From positions 66,588,001 to 66,652,000 of the forward strand of contig OZ024743.1 of NCBI GenBank assembly GCA_964016885.1: a DNA stretch of 64,000 bases, read 5' to 3'. This stretch comes from Eledone cirrhosa. Its lineage: Eukaryota. Made by a program: the position numbers and the translations under genes. Of this stretch, positions 26,496 through 41,139 are shown one piece after another; positions within the stretch are counted from its first letter, which is position 1, and each line of letters begins with the position of its first letter. The notes beneath the pieces were generated by a model, which was given only the letters and a program-made list of their open reading frames with translations, did not search any database and had not been told where the DNA came from.

Positions 26496-29400
26496 GGTGG
26501 TTGTAGTGGAAGTGATGGTAGTGGTGGTAGTGGTACTATGGTGGTTGTAGTGGAGGTGGTGGTAGTGGTGGTAGTAGTGGTACTATGGTGGTGGTGGTGG
26601 AGGTGGTGGTAGTGGTGGTAGTGGTGGTAGTGGTACTATGGTGGTTGTAGTGGAGGTGGTGGTAGTGGTGGTAGTGGTACTATGGTGGTTGTAGTGGAGG
26701 TGGTGGTAGTGGTGGTAGTAGTGGTACTATGGTGGTGGTGGTGGAGGTGGTGGTAGTGGTGGTAGTAGTGGTACTATGGTGGTTGTAGTGGAGGTGGTGG
26801 TAGTGGTGGTAGTGGTACTATGGTGGTTGTAGTGGAGGTGGTGGTAGTGGTGGTAGTAGTGGTACTATGGTGGTAGTGGTGGTAGTGGTACTATGGTGGT
26901 TGTAGTGGAGGTGGTGGTAGTGGTGGTAGTAGTGGTACTATGGTGGTAGTGGTGGTAGTGGTACTATGGTGGTTGTAGTGGAGGTGGTGGTAGTGGTGGT
27001 AGTAGTGGTACTATGGTGGTGGTGGTGGAGGTGGTGGTAGTGGTGGTAGTAGTGGTACTATGGTGGTTGTAGTGGAGGTGGTGGTAGTGGTGGTAGTGGT
27101 ACTATGGTGGTTGTAGTGGAGGTGGTGGTAGTGGTGGTAGTAGTGGTACTATGGTGGTGGTGGTGGAGGTAGTGGTAGTGGTGGTAGTAGTGGTACTATG
27201 GTGGTTGTAGTGGAGGTGGTGGTAGTGGTGGTAGTGGTACTATGGTGGTTGTAGTGGAGGTGGTGGTAGTGGTGGTAGTAGTGGTACTATGGTGGTGGTG
27301 GTGGAGGTGGTGGTAGTGGTAGTAGTAGTGGTACTATGGTGGTGGTGGTGGTGGTAGTGGTGGTACTATGGTTGTTGTAGTGGAGGTGGTGGTAGAGGTA
27401 CTATGGTGGTGGTGGTAGTGGTGGTACTATGGTGGTTGTAGTGGAGGTGGTGGTAGTGGTGGTACTATGGTGGTTGTAGTGGAGGTGGTGGTAGTGGTGG
27501 TAGTAGTGGTACTATGGTGGTGGTGGTGGAGGTGGTGGTAGTGGTAGTAGTAGTGGTACTATGGTGGTGGTGGTGGTGGTAGTGGTGGTACTATGGTTGT
27601 TGTAGTGGAGGTGGTGGTAGAGGTACTATGGTGGTGGTGGTAGTGGTGGTACTATGGTGGTTGTAGTGGAGGTGGTGGTAGTGGTGGTGGTGGTGGTACT
27701 ATGGTGGTTGTGGTGGAGGTGGTAGTAGTGGTGGTAGTGGTACTATGGTAGTGGTGGTGGTGGTACTATGGTGGTGGTGGTAGTGGTGGTACTATGGTGG
27801 TTGTTGTGGAGCTGGTGGTAGTGGTGGTGGTGGTGGTACTATGGTGGTTGTGGTGGAGGTGGTGGTAGTGGTGGTGGTGGTGGTACTATGGTGGTTGTAG
27901 TGGAGGTGATGGTAGTTGTGGTAGTAGTGGTAGTGGTGGTACTATGGTGGCTGTGGTGGAGCTGGTGGTGATGGTGGTGGTTCTATGGTGGTTGTAGAGG
28001 AGGTGGTGGTAGTGGTGGTGGTGGTACTATGGTAGTGGTGGTGGTGCTAGTACTACGGTAGTGGTAGTGGTGGTGGTACTATGGTAGTGGAGGTGGTGGT
28101 AGTACTATGGTAGTGGAGGTGGTGGTAGTACTGTGGTAGTGGTGGTGGTGGTGGTACTATGATAGTGGAGGTAGTGGTAGTACTATGGTAGTGGTGGTTG
28201 TGCTAGTACTATGGTTGAGGTGGTGGTGGAAGTAATATGGTAGGGGTGGTGGTGGTAGTGGTGGTTGTAGTGGAGGTGATGGTGGTAGTACTATGGTGGT
28301 GGTACGATTGATGGTAGTGGTGGTAGTTGTGGTAGTGGTGGTAGTGGTGGTGGTGGTACTATAGTAGTGGTGGTGGTGCTAGTACTATGGTGGTGGTGAT
28401 GGTGGTGGTGGTTCTATGGTGGTTGTAGAGGAGGTGGTGGTAGTGGTGGTGGTGGTACTATGGTAGTGGTGGTGGTGCTAGTACTACGGTAGTGGTGGTG
28501 GTAGTAGTGGTGGTGGTAGTGGTGGTGGTAGTAGTGGTGTTGGCGGTAGTGTTGGTAGTGGTGTAGGTGGTAGTGGTGGTGGTGCTAGTGGTGTTGGTGG
28601 TGGTAGTTGTGATAGCGCTATGGTGATGATGGTGGTATGGTGATGTTGGTAGTGGTGTTGGCGGTATTGGTGGTGGTAGTAGTGGTGGTGGTAGTGGTAG
28701 TGGTAATAGTGGTGTTGGCGGTAGTGTTGGTAGTGGTGTAGGTGGTAGTGGTGGTGGTGCTAGTGGTGTTGGTGGTGGTGTTGGCGGTAGAGGTGGCGTG
28801 GTAGTTATGTTGGTGATGGCGGTAGTGTTGGTAGTGGTGTTGGTGGTGGTGGTAGTTATAATTGTACTATGGTGATGATGGTGGTATGGTGTTGGTGGTA
28901 GTGGTGGTGGTAGTAGTGGTGTTGGCGGTAGTGTTGGTAGTGGTGGTCGTAGTAGTGGTGTTGGTGGTGGTGGTAGTTGTGATAGTGCCATGGTGATGAT
29001 GGTGTTATGGTGTTGGTGGTAATGATGGTGATATGGTGGTGGTGGTAGTGGTGGTGATGGGAGTGGTAGTGGTGGTAGTGGTGGGGATACGGAGGTGTTG
29101 GAGGTGGTGGTAGTAAGGTGTTGGTGATGGCTGTGGTTGTGGAGGTGGTGGTGGTGATGATGATACTGGTATTAGGTGTTGTGGTGTTGGTGGTGGGAGT
29201 AATGATGGTGGTGGTGGTTATAGTGGTGGTGTGGTGGTGGTGGTGGTGGTGGTTTGGTGGTGGTGGTGGTGGTAGTGGTAGTGGTGGTGTTGGTGGTGGT
29301 TTGGTGGTCGTGGTCGTGGTGGTGGTTTGGTGGTGGTGGTCGTCGTGGTGGTTGTGGTATGGTGGTGGTGGTCGTCGTAGTGGTGGTGGGTTGGTGGTGT

Positions 29401-31980
29401 CGTGGTAGTGGTGGTGGTGGTGGTGGCTTGGTGGTGTGGTGGTAGTGGTGGTGGTGGTGGTGGTGGTTTGGTAGTGGGGGTAGTGTTAGTGCACGTGTTG
29501 CTTTTTTTTTGATTGGTTGTGATTATTATGGTTGTTGGTGGTGGTTGTAGTAGTGATGGTGTTGTTGTTGTTGGTGGTGGTGGTGGTGGAAGTGATGGTC
29601 TTGTTGTTTTTGTTGTTGCTGGTGGTTGTGGTGGAAGTGATGGTGTTGCTGTTGTTGTTGTTGGTGGTGGTGGTGGTGATGTTGTTGTTGTTGGTAGTGG
29701 TGGTAGTGATATTGTTGTTGTTATTGTTGTTGGTGGTGGTGGAAGTGATGGTGTTGTTGTTGTTGGTGGTGGTGGTAGTGATGGTGTTCTTGTTATTGTT
29801 GGTAGTGGTGGTGGTGGTGGTAGTGATGGTGCTGTTGTTGTTGATGGTGGTGGTGGTGGTGGTAATAGTGTTGTTCTTGTTGGTGGTGGTGGTGTTAATA
29901 GTGTTGTTGTTGTTGTTGTTGGTAGTAGTGGTGGTGGTGGTGATGTTGTGGTGGTAGTGATACTGTTGTTGTTGTTGTTGGTGGTGGTGGTGTTAATAGT
30001 GTTGTTGTTGTTATTGGTGGTAGTAGTGGTGGTGGTGGTGATGTTGTGGTGGTAGTGATACTGTTGTTGTTGTTGGTGGTGGTGGTGGTGTTAGTGGTGG
30101 TGGAAATAATTGTTTCGACTTTTGGCACAAGGCCAGCAATTACCCAGTACATTACTGGTACTTTATTTTATCGAACCCGTAAGGATGAAAGGCAAAGTTA
30201 ACCTCGGCGGGATTTGAACTCAGACCGTAAAGGGCCGTAACTCTATGCTGCAAAACATGGTGTCTGACCCTCTACCGATACTGCCAAGGTGGTGCCATTG
30301 GTAATTGTGCAGGTGTAGGTTCCTTAATTGGTAATAGTAGTGTTGGTGTTGTTAATGATGATGATGATGATTGCGTTGGTGGTAGGTTTGGGGGATGATA
30401 ATGGGGTGGTGTTGTGATGGTAGTGGTGGTGTTGGAGGTGGTGGTGTTGGAGTTGGTGGTGTTGGAATTGGTGGTGTTGGAAGTGGTGGTGTTGGAGGTG
30501 GTGGTGTTGGAGGTGGTGGTGTTGGAGTTGGTGGTGTTGGAGGTGGTGGTGTTGGAGGTGGTGGCGCTGGAAGTGGTGGTGTTGGAGGTGGTGGTGGTGT
30601 AGTGATGGTAGTGGTGGTGTTGGAAGTGGTGGTGTTGTGATGGTAGTGGTGTTGGAGGTGGTGGTGTTGGAGGTGATGGTGGAGTTGGAGGTGGTGCTGT
30701 TGTGATGGAGGTGGTGGTGTTGGGGGTGGTGGTGTTGTGGTGGTAGTGGTGGTGTTGGAAGGGGTAGTGGTGTTGGAGGTGGTTGTGTTGTGATGGAGGT
30801 GGTGGTGTTGTGATGGTATTGGTGGTGTTGGAGGTGGTGGTGTTGTGATGGTATTGGTGATGTTGGAGGTGGTGGTGCTGTTGGAGGTGGTGATGTTGGA
30901 GGTGGTGGTGTTGTTGGGGTGGTGGTGTTGGAAGTGGTGGTGCTGGAGGTGGTGGTGTTGGAGGCAGTGGTGTTGTGATGGTAGAGGTGGTGTTGGAGGT
31001 GGTGGTGTTGGAGTTGGTGGTGTTGGAGGCGGTGGTATTGGAGGCGGTGGTGTTGTTGTAAGTGGTGGTGTTGTTGCGGGTGGTGGCATTGGAAGTGGTG
31101 GTGTAGGAGGTGGTGGTGTTGGAGTTGGTGGTGTTGGAGTTGGTGGTGTTGGAATTGGTGGTGTTGGAGGTGGTGGTGCTGGAGGTGGTGTTGTTGGAAG
31201 TGGTGGTGTTGTAAGTGGTGGTGTTGTAAGTGGTGGTGTTGGAAGTGGTGGTGTTGGAGGTGGTGGTGTTGGAGGTGGTGGTGTTGTTGGGGTGGTGGTG
31301 TTGGAGGTGGTGGTGTTGGAGGTGGTGTTGTTGGAAGTGGTGGTGTTGTTGGGGTGGTGGTGTTGGAAGTGGTGGTGTTGGAATGTGGTGGTGTTGTGTT
31401 TGTTGTTAGTGTTAGTGTTAGGTTGTTGTGGTGAATATAGTGGCAGTGTTAGTGGTGGTGGTGGTGGTTATGGTGGAGGTAGTGGTCGGTGTGTTTTTAA
31501 TGGTGTGGGTGTATTGTTGTTGTTAGTGAAGGTGGTGTGGTAGTGGTACTGTTAATGTCGACAGTTGTGTGGTGTCGGTGATGATGGCTTGTGGTGGTGT
31601 CGATGGTAGTGTTGGTGGTGCTGGTGTTGATAGTTGTCATGGTGTTGCTGGCATTGGTGTAGGTAGTGGCAGTGGTTGAGGGGTTAGTGGTAATGTTGTT
31701 TTGGTATTTGGACGGGTGGTGATGGTAGTAATGTTGATGGTGCTGGTGGTAGTAGTGAGGGTAAAAATGGTGGGGATATTGGAAGTCGTGATCGTTAGTT
31801 TTGTTTTCGTGGTAGTAATGATAGTGTTTATTTTGGTAGTAGTAGTGGTAGTAGTAGTGATGGTAGAGTTATTGGTAGTATTATTGTTGCTAGAGTTGGT
31901 GTTAGTGAAGTTAATGGTGTCAATATTGACTGTTACTGTTGTAGATGCTATTTTGTTGTTGTTATTGTTGTTGTTGTTTT
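26496..31980. repeat. G/T-rich low-complexity minisatellite region (GGT/AGT units with an 'actatgg' anchor, then 'ggtgttgga' units)
   Basis: Direct inspection; interrupted by a SINE at 30108-30292. Confidence 0.9.
30108..30292 (-). mobile_element. tRNA-derived SINE family 1
   Basis: Full reverse-complement copy. Confidence 0.85.
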
Positions 31981-32174
31981 GTAGACTTGGGTCAACCATG
32001 GACCGGTAATCCGATATCTCGCAGGAAGTCGACTGACGACAATATGAGACGGACACATGTAACTTTCTAGGTATAAAATGCTCAGTCTATCTAACGCCTA
32101 TACTGCACATTCCACATTCTGACATGCAATGATAGCTAGTATGGGGTACAGAATTCTAGTTTGGACATTTCACA

Positions 32175-32266
32175 CTTTGCCTTTCATCCTTACGGGGTCG
32201 ATAAAATAAAGTACAAGTAATATACTGGAATAATTACTGGCCTTGTGCCAAAAGTAGAAACAAGTA
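32175..32266 (+). mobile_element. SINE family 1, 3' half only
   Basis: Begins at ctttgcctttcatcc and ends gtagaaacaagta. Confidence 0.8.
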
Positions 32267-35200
32267 TATGTTAGAATGTGGGATATCTACCCGAGTACAG
32301 GAGACTGGACACTGGTGAAAGTGTGATATGTGAAGACTGATGCACTGCTGTCCATTCTATTTATCACTACACCGCATCACAGCATGTCAGAGTGTGTGAT
32401 ATCTGGGGAAGTAGAGAAATAGGCTGGACACTGGTGAAAGTGTGATATGTGAAGACTGATGCACTGCTGTCCATTCTATTTATCACTACACCCCATCACA
32501 GCATGTCAGAGTGTGTGATATCTGGGGAAGTAGAGAAATAGGCTGGACACTGGTGAAAGTGTGATATGTGAAGACTGATGCACTGCTGTCCATTCTATTT
32601 ATCACTACACCCTATCACAGCATGTCAGAGTGTGTGATATCTGCAGAAGTAGAGAAATAGGCTGGACACTGGTGAACGTGTGATATGTGAAGACTGATGC
32701 ACTGCTGTCCATTCTATTTATCACTACACCCCATCACAGCATGTCAGAGTGTGTAATATCTGCAGGAGTAGAGAAATAGGCTGGACACTGGTGAACGTGT
32801 GATATGTGAAGACTGATGCACTGCTGTCCATTCTATTTATCACTACACCCTATCACAGCATGTCAGAGTGTGTGATATCTGGGGAAGTAGAGAAATAGGC
32901 TGGACACTGGTGAAAGTGTGATATGTGAAGACTGATGCACTGCTGTCCATTCTATTTATCACTACACCCTATCACAGCATGTCAGAGTGTGTGATATCTG
33001 CAGAAGTAGAGAAATAGGCTGGACACTGGTGAAAGTGTGATATGTGAAGACTGATGCACTGCTGTCCATTCTATTTATCACTACACCCTATCACAGCATG
33101 TCAGAGTGTGTGATATCTGCAGAAGTAGAGAAATAGGCTGGACACTGGTGAAAGTGTGATATGTGAAGACTGATGCACTGCTGTCCATTCTATTTATCAC
33201 TACACCCCATCACAGTATGTCAGAGTGTGTGATATCTGCAGAAGTAGAGAAATAGGCTGGACACTGGTGAAAATGTGATATGTTAAGACTGATGCACTGC
33301 TGTCCATTCTATTTATCACTACACCCTATCACAGCATGTCAGAGTGTGTGATATCTGCAGAAGTAGAGAAATAGGCTGGACACTGGTGAAAGTGTGATAT
33401 GTGAAGACTGATGCACTGCTGTCCATTCTATTTATCACTACACCCCATCACAGCATGTCAGAGTGTGTGATATCTGCAGAAGTAGAGAAATAGGCTGGAC
33501 ACTGGTGAAAATGTGATATGTTAAGACTGATGCACTGCTGTCCATTCTATTTATCACTACACCCTATCACAGCATGTCAGAGTGTGTGATATCTGCAGAT
33601 GTAGAGAAATAGGCTGGACACTGGTGAAAGTGTGATATGTGAAGACTGATGCACTGCTGTCCATTCTATTTATCACTACACCCCATCACAGCATGTCAGA
33701 GTGTGTGATATCTGCAGAAGTAGAGAAATAGGCTGGACACTGGTGAAAGTGTGATATGTGAAGACTGATGCACTGCTGTCCATTCTATTTATCACTACAC
33801 CCTATCACAGCATGTCAGAGTGTGTGATATCTGCAGATGTAGAGAAATAGGCTGGACACTGGTGAAAGTGTGATATGTGAAGACTGATGCACTGCTGTCC
33901 ATTCTATTTATCACTACACCCTATCACAGCATGTCAGAGTGTGTGATATCTGCAGAAGTAGAGAAATAGGCTGGACACTGGTGAAAGTGTGATATGTGAA
34001 GACTGATGCACTGCTGTCCATTCTATTTATCACTACACCCCATCACAGCATGTCAGAGTGTGTGATATCTGCAGGAGTAGAGAAATAGGCTGGACACTGG
34101 TGAAAGTGTGATATGTGAAGACTGATGCACTGCTGTCCATTCTATTTATCACTACACCCCATCACAGCATGTCAGAGTGTGTGATATCTGCAGAAGTAGA
34201 GAAATAGGCTGGACACTGGTGAAAGTGTGATATGTGAAGACTGATGCACTGCTGTCCATTCTATTTATCACTACACCCTATCACAGCATGTCAGAGTGTG
34301 TGATATCTGCAGAAGTAGAGAAATAGGCTGGACACTGGTGAAAGTGTGATATGTGAAGACTGATGCACTGCTGTCCATTCTATTTATCACTACACCCCAT
34401 CACAGCATGTCAGAGTGTGTGATATCTGCAGGAGTAGAGAAATAGGCTGGACACTGGTGAAAGTGTGATATGTGAAGACTGATGCACTGCTGTCCATTCT
34501 ATTTATCACTACACCCCATCACAGCATGTCAGAGTGTGTGATATCTGCAGAAGTAGAGAAATAGGCTGGACACTGGTGAAAGTGTGATATGTGAAGACTG
34601 ATGCACTGCTGTCCATTCTATTTATCACTACACCCTATCACAGCATGTCAGAGTGTGTGATATCTGCAGAAGTAGAAAAATAGGCTGGACACTGGTGAAA
34701 GTGTGATATGTGAAGACTGATGCACTGCTGTCCATTCTAGTTATCACTACACCCCATCACAGCATGTCAGAGTGTGTGATATCTGCAGATGTAGAGAAAT
34801 AGGCTGGACACTGGTGAAAGTGTGATATGTGAAGACTGATGCACTGCTGTCCATTCTATTTATCACTACACCCCATCACAGCATGTCAGAGTGTGTGATA
34901 TCTGCAGGAGTAGAGACATAGGCTGGACACTGGTGAAAGTGTGATATGTGAAGACTGATGCACTGCTGTCCATTCTATTTATCACTACACCCCATCACAG
35001 CATGTCAGAGTGTATGATATCTGCAGAAGTAGAGAAATAGGCTGGACACTGGTGAAAGTGTGATATGTGAAGACTGATGCACTGCTGTCCATTCTATTTA
35101 TCACTACACCCCATCACAGCATGTCAGAGTGTGTGATATCTGCAGAAGTAGAGAAATAGGCTGGACACTGGTGAAAGTGTGATATGTGAAGACTGATGCA

Positions 35201-38200
35201 CTGCTGTCCATTCTATTTATCACTACACCCAATACTTTTCATCACGGCATGTCAGAGTGTGTGATATCTGCAGAAGTAGAGAAATAGGCTGGATACTGGT
35301 GAAAGTGTGATATGTGAAGACTGATGCACTGCTGTCCATTCTATTTATCACTACACCCCATCACAGCATGTCAGAGTGTGTGATATCTGCAGAAGTAGAG
35401 AAATAGGCTGGACACTGGTGAAAATGTGATATGTTAAGACTGATGCACTGCTGTCCATTCTATTTATCACTACACCCTATCACAGCATGTCAGAGTGTGT
35501 GATATCTGCAGATGTAGAGAAATAGGCTGGACACTGTTGAAAGTGTGATATGTGAAGACTGATGCACTGCTGTCCATTCTATTTATCACTACACCCCATC
35601 ACAGCATGTCAGAGTGTGTGATATCTGCAGAAGTAGAGAAATAGGCTGGACACTGGTGAAAGTGTGATATGTGAAGACTGATGCACTGCTGTGCATTCTA
35701 TTTATCACTACACCCCATCACAGCATGTCAGAGTGTGTGATATCTGCAGAAGTAGAGAAATAGGCTGGACACTGGTGAAAATGTGATATGTGAAGACTGA
35801 TGCACTGCTGTCCATTCTATTTATCACTACACCCTATCACAGCATGTCAGAGTGTGTGATATCTGCAGATGTAGAGAAATAGGCTGGACACTGGTGAAAG
35901 TGTGATATGTGAAGACTGATGCACTGCTGTCCATTCTATTTATCACTACACCCCATCACAGCATGTCAGAGTGTATGATATCTGCAGAAGTAGAGAAATA
36001 GGCTGGACACTGGTGAAAGTGTGATATGTGAAGACTGATGCACTGCTGTCCATTCTATTTATCACTACACCCCATCACAGCATGTCAGAGTGTGTAATAT
36101 CTGCAGGAGTAGAGAAATAGGCTGGACACTGGTGAAAGTGTGATATGTGAAGACTGATGCACTGCTGTCCATTCTATTTATCACTACACCCCATCACAGC
36201 ATGTCAGAGTGTGTAATATCTGCAGGAGTAGAGAAATAGGCTGGACACTGGTGAAAGTGTGATATGTGAAGACTGATGCACTGCTGTCCATTCTATTTAT
36301 CACTACACCCCATCACAGCATGTCAGAGTGTGTGATATCTGCAGGAGTAGAGAAATAGGCTGGACACTGGTGAAAGTGTGATATGTGAAGACTGATGCAC
36401 TGCTGTCCATTCTATTTATCACTACACCCCATCACAGCATGTTAGAGTGTGTGATATCTGCAGAAGTAGAGAAATAGGCTGGACACTGGTGAAAGTGTGA
36501 TATGTGAAGACTGATGCACTGCTGTCCATTCTATTTATCACTACACCCTATCACAGCATGTCAGAGTGTGTGATATCTGCAGAAGTAGAGAAATAGGCTG
36601 GACACTGGTGAAAGTGTGATATGTGAAGACTGATGCACTGCTGTCCATTCTATTTATCACTACACCCCATCACAGCATGTCAGAGTGTGTGATATCTGCA
36701 GATGTAGAGACATAGGCTGGACACTGGTGAAAGTGTGATATGTGAAGACTGATGCACTGCTGTCCATTCTATTTATCACTACACCCCATCACAGCATGTC
36801 AGAGTGTGTGATATCTGCAGAAGTAGAGACATAGGCTGGACACTGGTGAAAGTGTGATATGTGAAGACTGATGCACTGCTGTCCATTCTATTTATCACTA
36901 CACCCCATCACAGCATGTCAGAGTGTGTGATATCTGCAGAAGTAGAGAAATAGGCTGGACACTGGTGAAAGTGTGATATGTGAAGACTGATGCACTGATG
37001 TCCATTCTATTTATCACTACACCCCATCACAGCATGTCAGAGTGTGTGATATCTGCAGATGTAGAGACATAGGCTGGACACTGGTGAAAGTGTGATATGT
37101 GAAGACTGATGCACTGCTGTCCATTCTATTTATCACTACACCCCATCACAGCATGTCAGAGTGTGTGATATCTGCAGGAGTAGAGACATAGGCTGGACAC
37201 TGGTGAAAGTGTGATATGTGAAGACTGATGCACTGCTGTCCATTCTATTTATCACTACACCCCATCACAGCATGTCAGAGTGTGTGATATCTGCAGAAGT
37301 AGAGAAATAGGCTGGACACTGGTGAAAGTGTGATATGTGAAGACTGATGCACTGCTGTCCATTCTATTTATCACTACACCCAATACTTTTCATCACGGCA
37401 TGTCAGAGTGTGTGATATCTGCAGAAGTAGAGAAATAGGCTGGACACTGGTGAAAATGTGATATGTGAAGACTGATGCACTGCTGTCCATTCTATTTATC
37501 ACTACACCCCATCACAGCATGTCAGAGTGTGTGATATCTGCAGAAGTAGAGAAATAGGCTGGACACTGGTGAAAGTGTGATATGTGAAGACTGATGCACT
37601 GCTGTCCATTCTATTTATCACTACACCCCATCACAGCATGTCAGAGTGTGTGATATCTGCAGAAGTAGAGAAATAGGCTGGACACTGGTGAAAGTGTGAT
37701 ATGTGAAGACTGATGCACTGCTGTGCATTCTATTTATCACTACACCCCATCACAGCATGTCAGAGTGTGGGATATCTGCAGATGTAGAGAAATAGGCTGG
37801 ACACTGGTGAAAGTGTGATATGTGAAGACTGATGCACTGCTGTCCATTCTATTTATCACTACACCCCATACTTTTCATCACGGCATGTCAGAGTGTGTGA
37901 TATCTGCAGAAGTAGAGAAATAGGCTGGACACTGGTGAAAATGTGATATGTGAAGACTGATGCACTGCTGTCCATTCTATTTATCACTACACCCCATCAC
38001 AGCATGTCAGAGTGTGTGATATCTGCAGAAGTAGAGAAATAGGCTGGACACTGGTGAAAGTGTGATATGTGAAGACTGATGCACTGCTGTCCATTCTATT
38101 TATCACTACACCCTATCACAGCATGTCAGAGTGTATGATATCTGCAGATGTAGAGAAATAGGCTGGACACTGTTGAAAGTGTGATATGTGAAGACTGATG

Positions 38201-41057
38201 CACTGCTGTCCATTCTATTTATCACTACACCCCATCACAGCATGTCAGAGTGTGTGATATCTGCAGAAGTAGAGAAATAGGCTGGACACTGGTAAAAATG
38301 TGATATGTGAAGACTGATGCACTGCTGTCCATTCTATTTATCACTACACCCCATCACAGCATGTCAGAGTGTGTGATATCTGCAGAAGTAGAGAAATAGG
38401 CTGGACACTGGTGAAAATGTGATATGTGAAGACTGATGCACTGCTGTCCATTCTATTTATCACTACACCCCATCACAGTATGTCAGAGTGTGTGATATCT
38501 GCAGAAGTAGAGAAATAGGCTTGACACTGGTGAAAATGTGATATGTGAAGACTGATGCACTGCTGTCCATTCTATTTATCACTACACCCCATCACAGCAT
38601 GTCAGAGTGTATGATATCTGCAGAAGTAGAGAAATAGGCTGGACACTGGTGAAAATGTGATATGTGAAGACTGATGCACTGCTGTCCATTCTATTTATCA
38701 CTACACCCTATCACAGCATGTCAGAGTGTGTGATATCTGCAGAAGTAGAGAAATAGGCTGGACACTGGTGAAAGTGTGATATGTGAAGACTGATGCACTG
38801 CTGTCCATTCTATTTATCACTACACCCCATCACAGCATGTCAGAGTGTGTGATATCTGCAGAAGTAGAGAAATAGGCTGGACACTGGTGAAAGTGTGATA
38901 TGTGAAGACTGATGCACTGCTGTCCATTCTATTTATCACTACACCCTATCACAGCATGTCAGAGTGTATGATATCTGCAGATGTAGAGAAATAGGCTGGA
39001 CACTGGTGAAAGTGTGATATGTGAAGACTGATGCACTGCTGTCCATTCTATTTATCACTACACCCCATCACAGCATGTCAGAGTGTGTGATATCTGCAGG
39101 AGTAGAGAAATAGGCTGGACACTGTTGAAAGTGTGATATGTGAAGACTGATGCACTGCTGTCCATTCTATTTATCACTACACCCTATACTTTTCATCACA
39201 GCATGTCAGAGTGTGTGATATCTGCAGAAGTAGAGAAATAGGCTGGACACTGGTGAAAATGTGATATGTGAAGACTGATGCACTGATGTCCATTCTATTT
39301 ATCACTACACCCCATACTTTTCATCACAGCATGTCAGAGTGTGTGATATCTGCAGAAGTAGAGAAATAGGCTGGACACTGGTGAAAGTGTGATATGTGAA
39401 GACTGATGCACTGCTGTCCATTCTATTTATCACTACACCCTATCACAGCATGTCAGAGTGTATGATATCTGCAGATGTAGAGAAATAGGCTGGACACTGG
39501 TGAAAGTGTGATATGTGAAGACTGATGCACTGCTGTCCATTCTATTTATCACTACACCCCATCACAGCATGTCAGAGTGTGTGATATCTGGGGAAGTAGA
39601 GAAATAGGCTGGACACTGGTGAAAGTGTGATATGTGAAGACTGATGCACTGCTGTCCATTCTATTTGTAACTACACCCCATACTTTTCATCACAGCATGT
39701 CAGAATGTGTGATATCTGCAGAAGTAGAGAAATAGGCTGGACACTGGTGAAAATGTGATATGTGAAGACTGATGCACTGCTGTCCATTCTATTTATCACT
39801 ACACCCCATCAAAGCATGTCAGAGTGTGTGATATCTGGGGAAGTAGAGAAATAGGCTGGACACTGTTGAAAGTGTGATATGTGAAGACTGATGCACTGCT
39901 GTCCATTCTATTTATCACTACACCCCATACTTTTCATCACAGCATGTCAGAGTGTGTGATATCTGCAGAAGTAGAGAAATAGGCTGGACACTGGTGAAAG
40001 TGTGATATGTGAAGACTGATGCACTGATGTCCATTCTATTTATCACTACACCCCATCACAGCATGTCAGAGTGTGTGATATCTGGGGAAGTAGAGAAATA
40101 GGCTGGACACTGGTGAAAGTGTGATATGTGAAGACTGATGCACTGCTGTCCATTCTATTTGTAACTACACCCCATACTTTTCATCACAGCATGTCAGAAT
40201 GTGTGATATCTGCAGAAGTAGAGAAATAGGCTGGACACTGGTGAAAGTGTGATATGTGAAGACTGATGCACTGCTGTCCATTCTATTTATCACTACACCC
40301 TATCACAGCATGTCAGAGTGTGTGATATCTGCAGAAGTAGAGAAATAGGCTGGACACTGGTGAAAGTGTGATATGTGAAGACTGATGCACTGCTGTCCAT
40401 TCTAGTTATCACTACACCCTATCACAGCATGTCAGAGTGTGTGATATCTGCAGGAGTAGAGAAATAGGCTGGACACTGGTGAAAGTGTGATATGTGAAGA
40501 CTGATGCACTGCTGTCCATTCTATTTATCACTACACCCCATCACAGCATGTCAGAGTGTGTGATATCTGCAGGAGTAGAGAAATAGGCTGGACACTGGTG
40601 AAAGTGTGATATGTGAAGACTGATGCACTGCTGTCCATTCTATTTATCACTACACCCCATCACAGCATGTCAGAGTGTGTGATATCTGCAGAAGTAGAGA
40701 AATAGGCTGGACACTGGTGAAAGTGTGATATGTGAAGACTGATGCACTGCTGTCCATTCTATTTATCACTACACCCCATCACAGCATGTCAGAGTGTGTG
40801 ATATCTGCAGAAGTAGAGAAATAGGCTGGACACTGGTGAAAGTGTGATATGTGAAGACTGATGCACTGCTGTCCATTCTATTTATCACTACACCCCATCA
40901 CAGCATGTCAGAGTGTGTGATATCTGCAGAAGTAGAGAAATAGGCTGGACACTGGTGAAAGTGTGATATGTGAAGACTGATGCACTGCTGTCCATTCTAT
41001 TTATCACTACAACCCATACCTTTCATCACAGCATGTCAGAGTGTGTGATATCTGCAG
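32267..41057 (+). repeat. 119-bp tandem satellite, about 73 monomers, with scattered 127-bp variants (8-nt insertion)
   Basis: actggtgaaa recurs at 32311, 32430, ... (period 119); near-identical units. Confidence 0.97.
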
Positions 41058-41139
41058 GATGAAAGAAAGAGATGGATACTTTTGAAAGTATAATATGTCC
41101 AATCTTCCATTCTTAAACCCAAACGAGCCTTCATTATAT

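Noticed and set aside
32267-41057. Array as a CRISPR locus
   Set aside because: Whole monomers are repeated with no unique spacers, there are no cas genes, and the context is eukaryotic.
32267-41057. Array as a C2H2 zinc-finger gene (tgtgatatctgc = CDIC, actggtgaa = TGE)
   Set aside because: The unit is 119 bp (not 84 and not divisible by 3), stops are frequent, His residues are not correctly spaced, and there is no long ORF.
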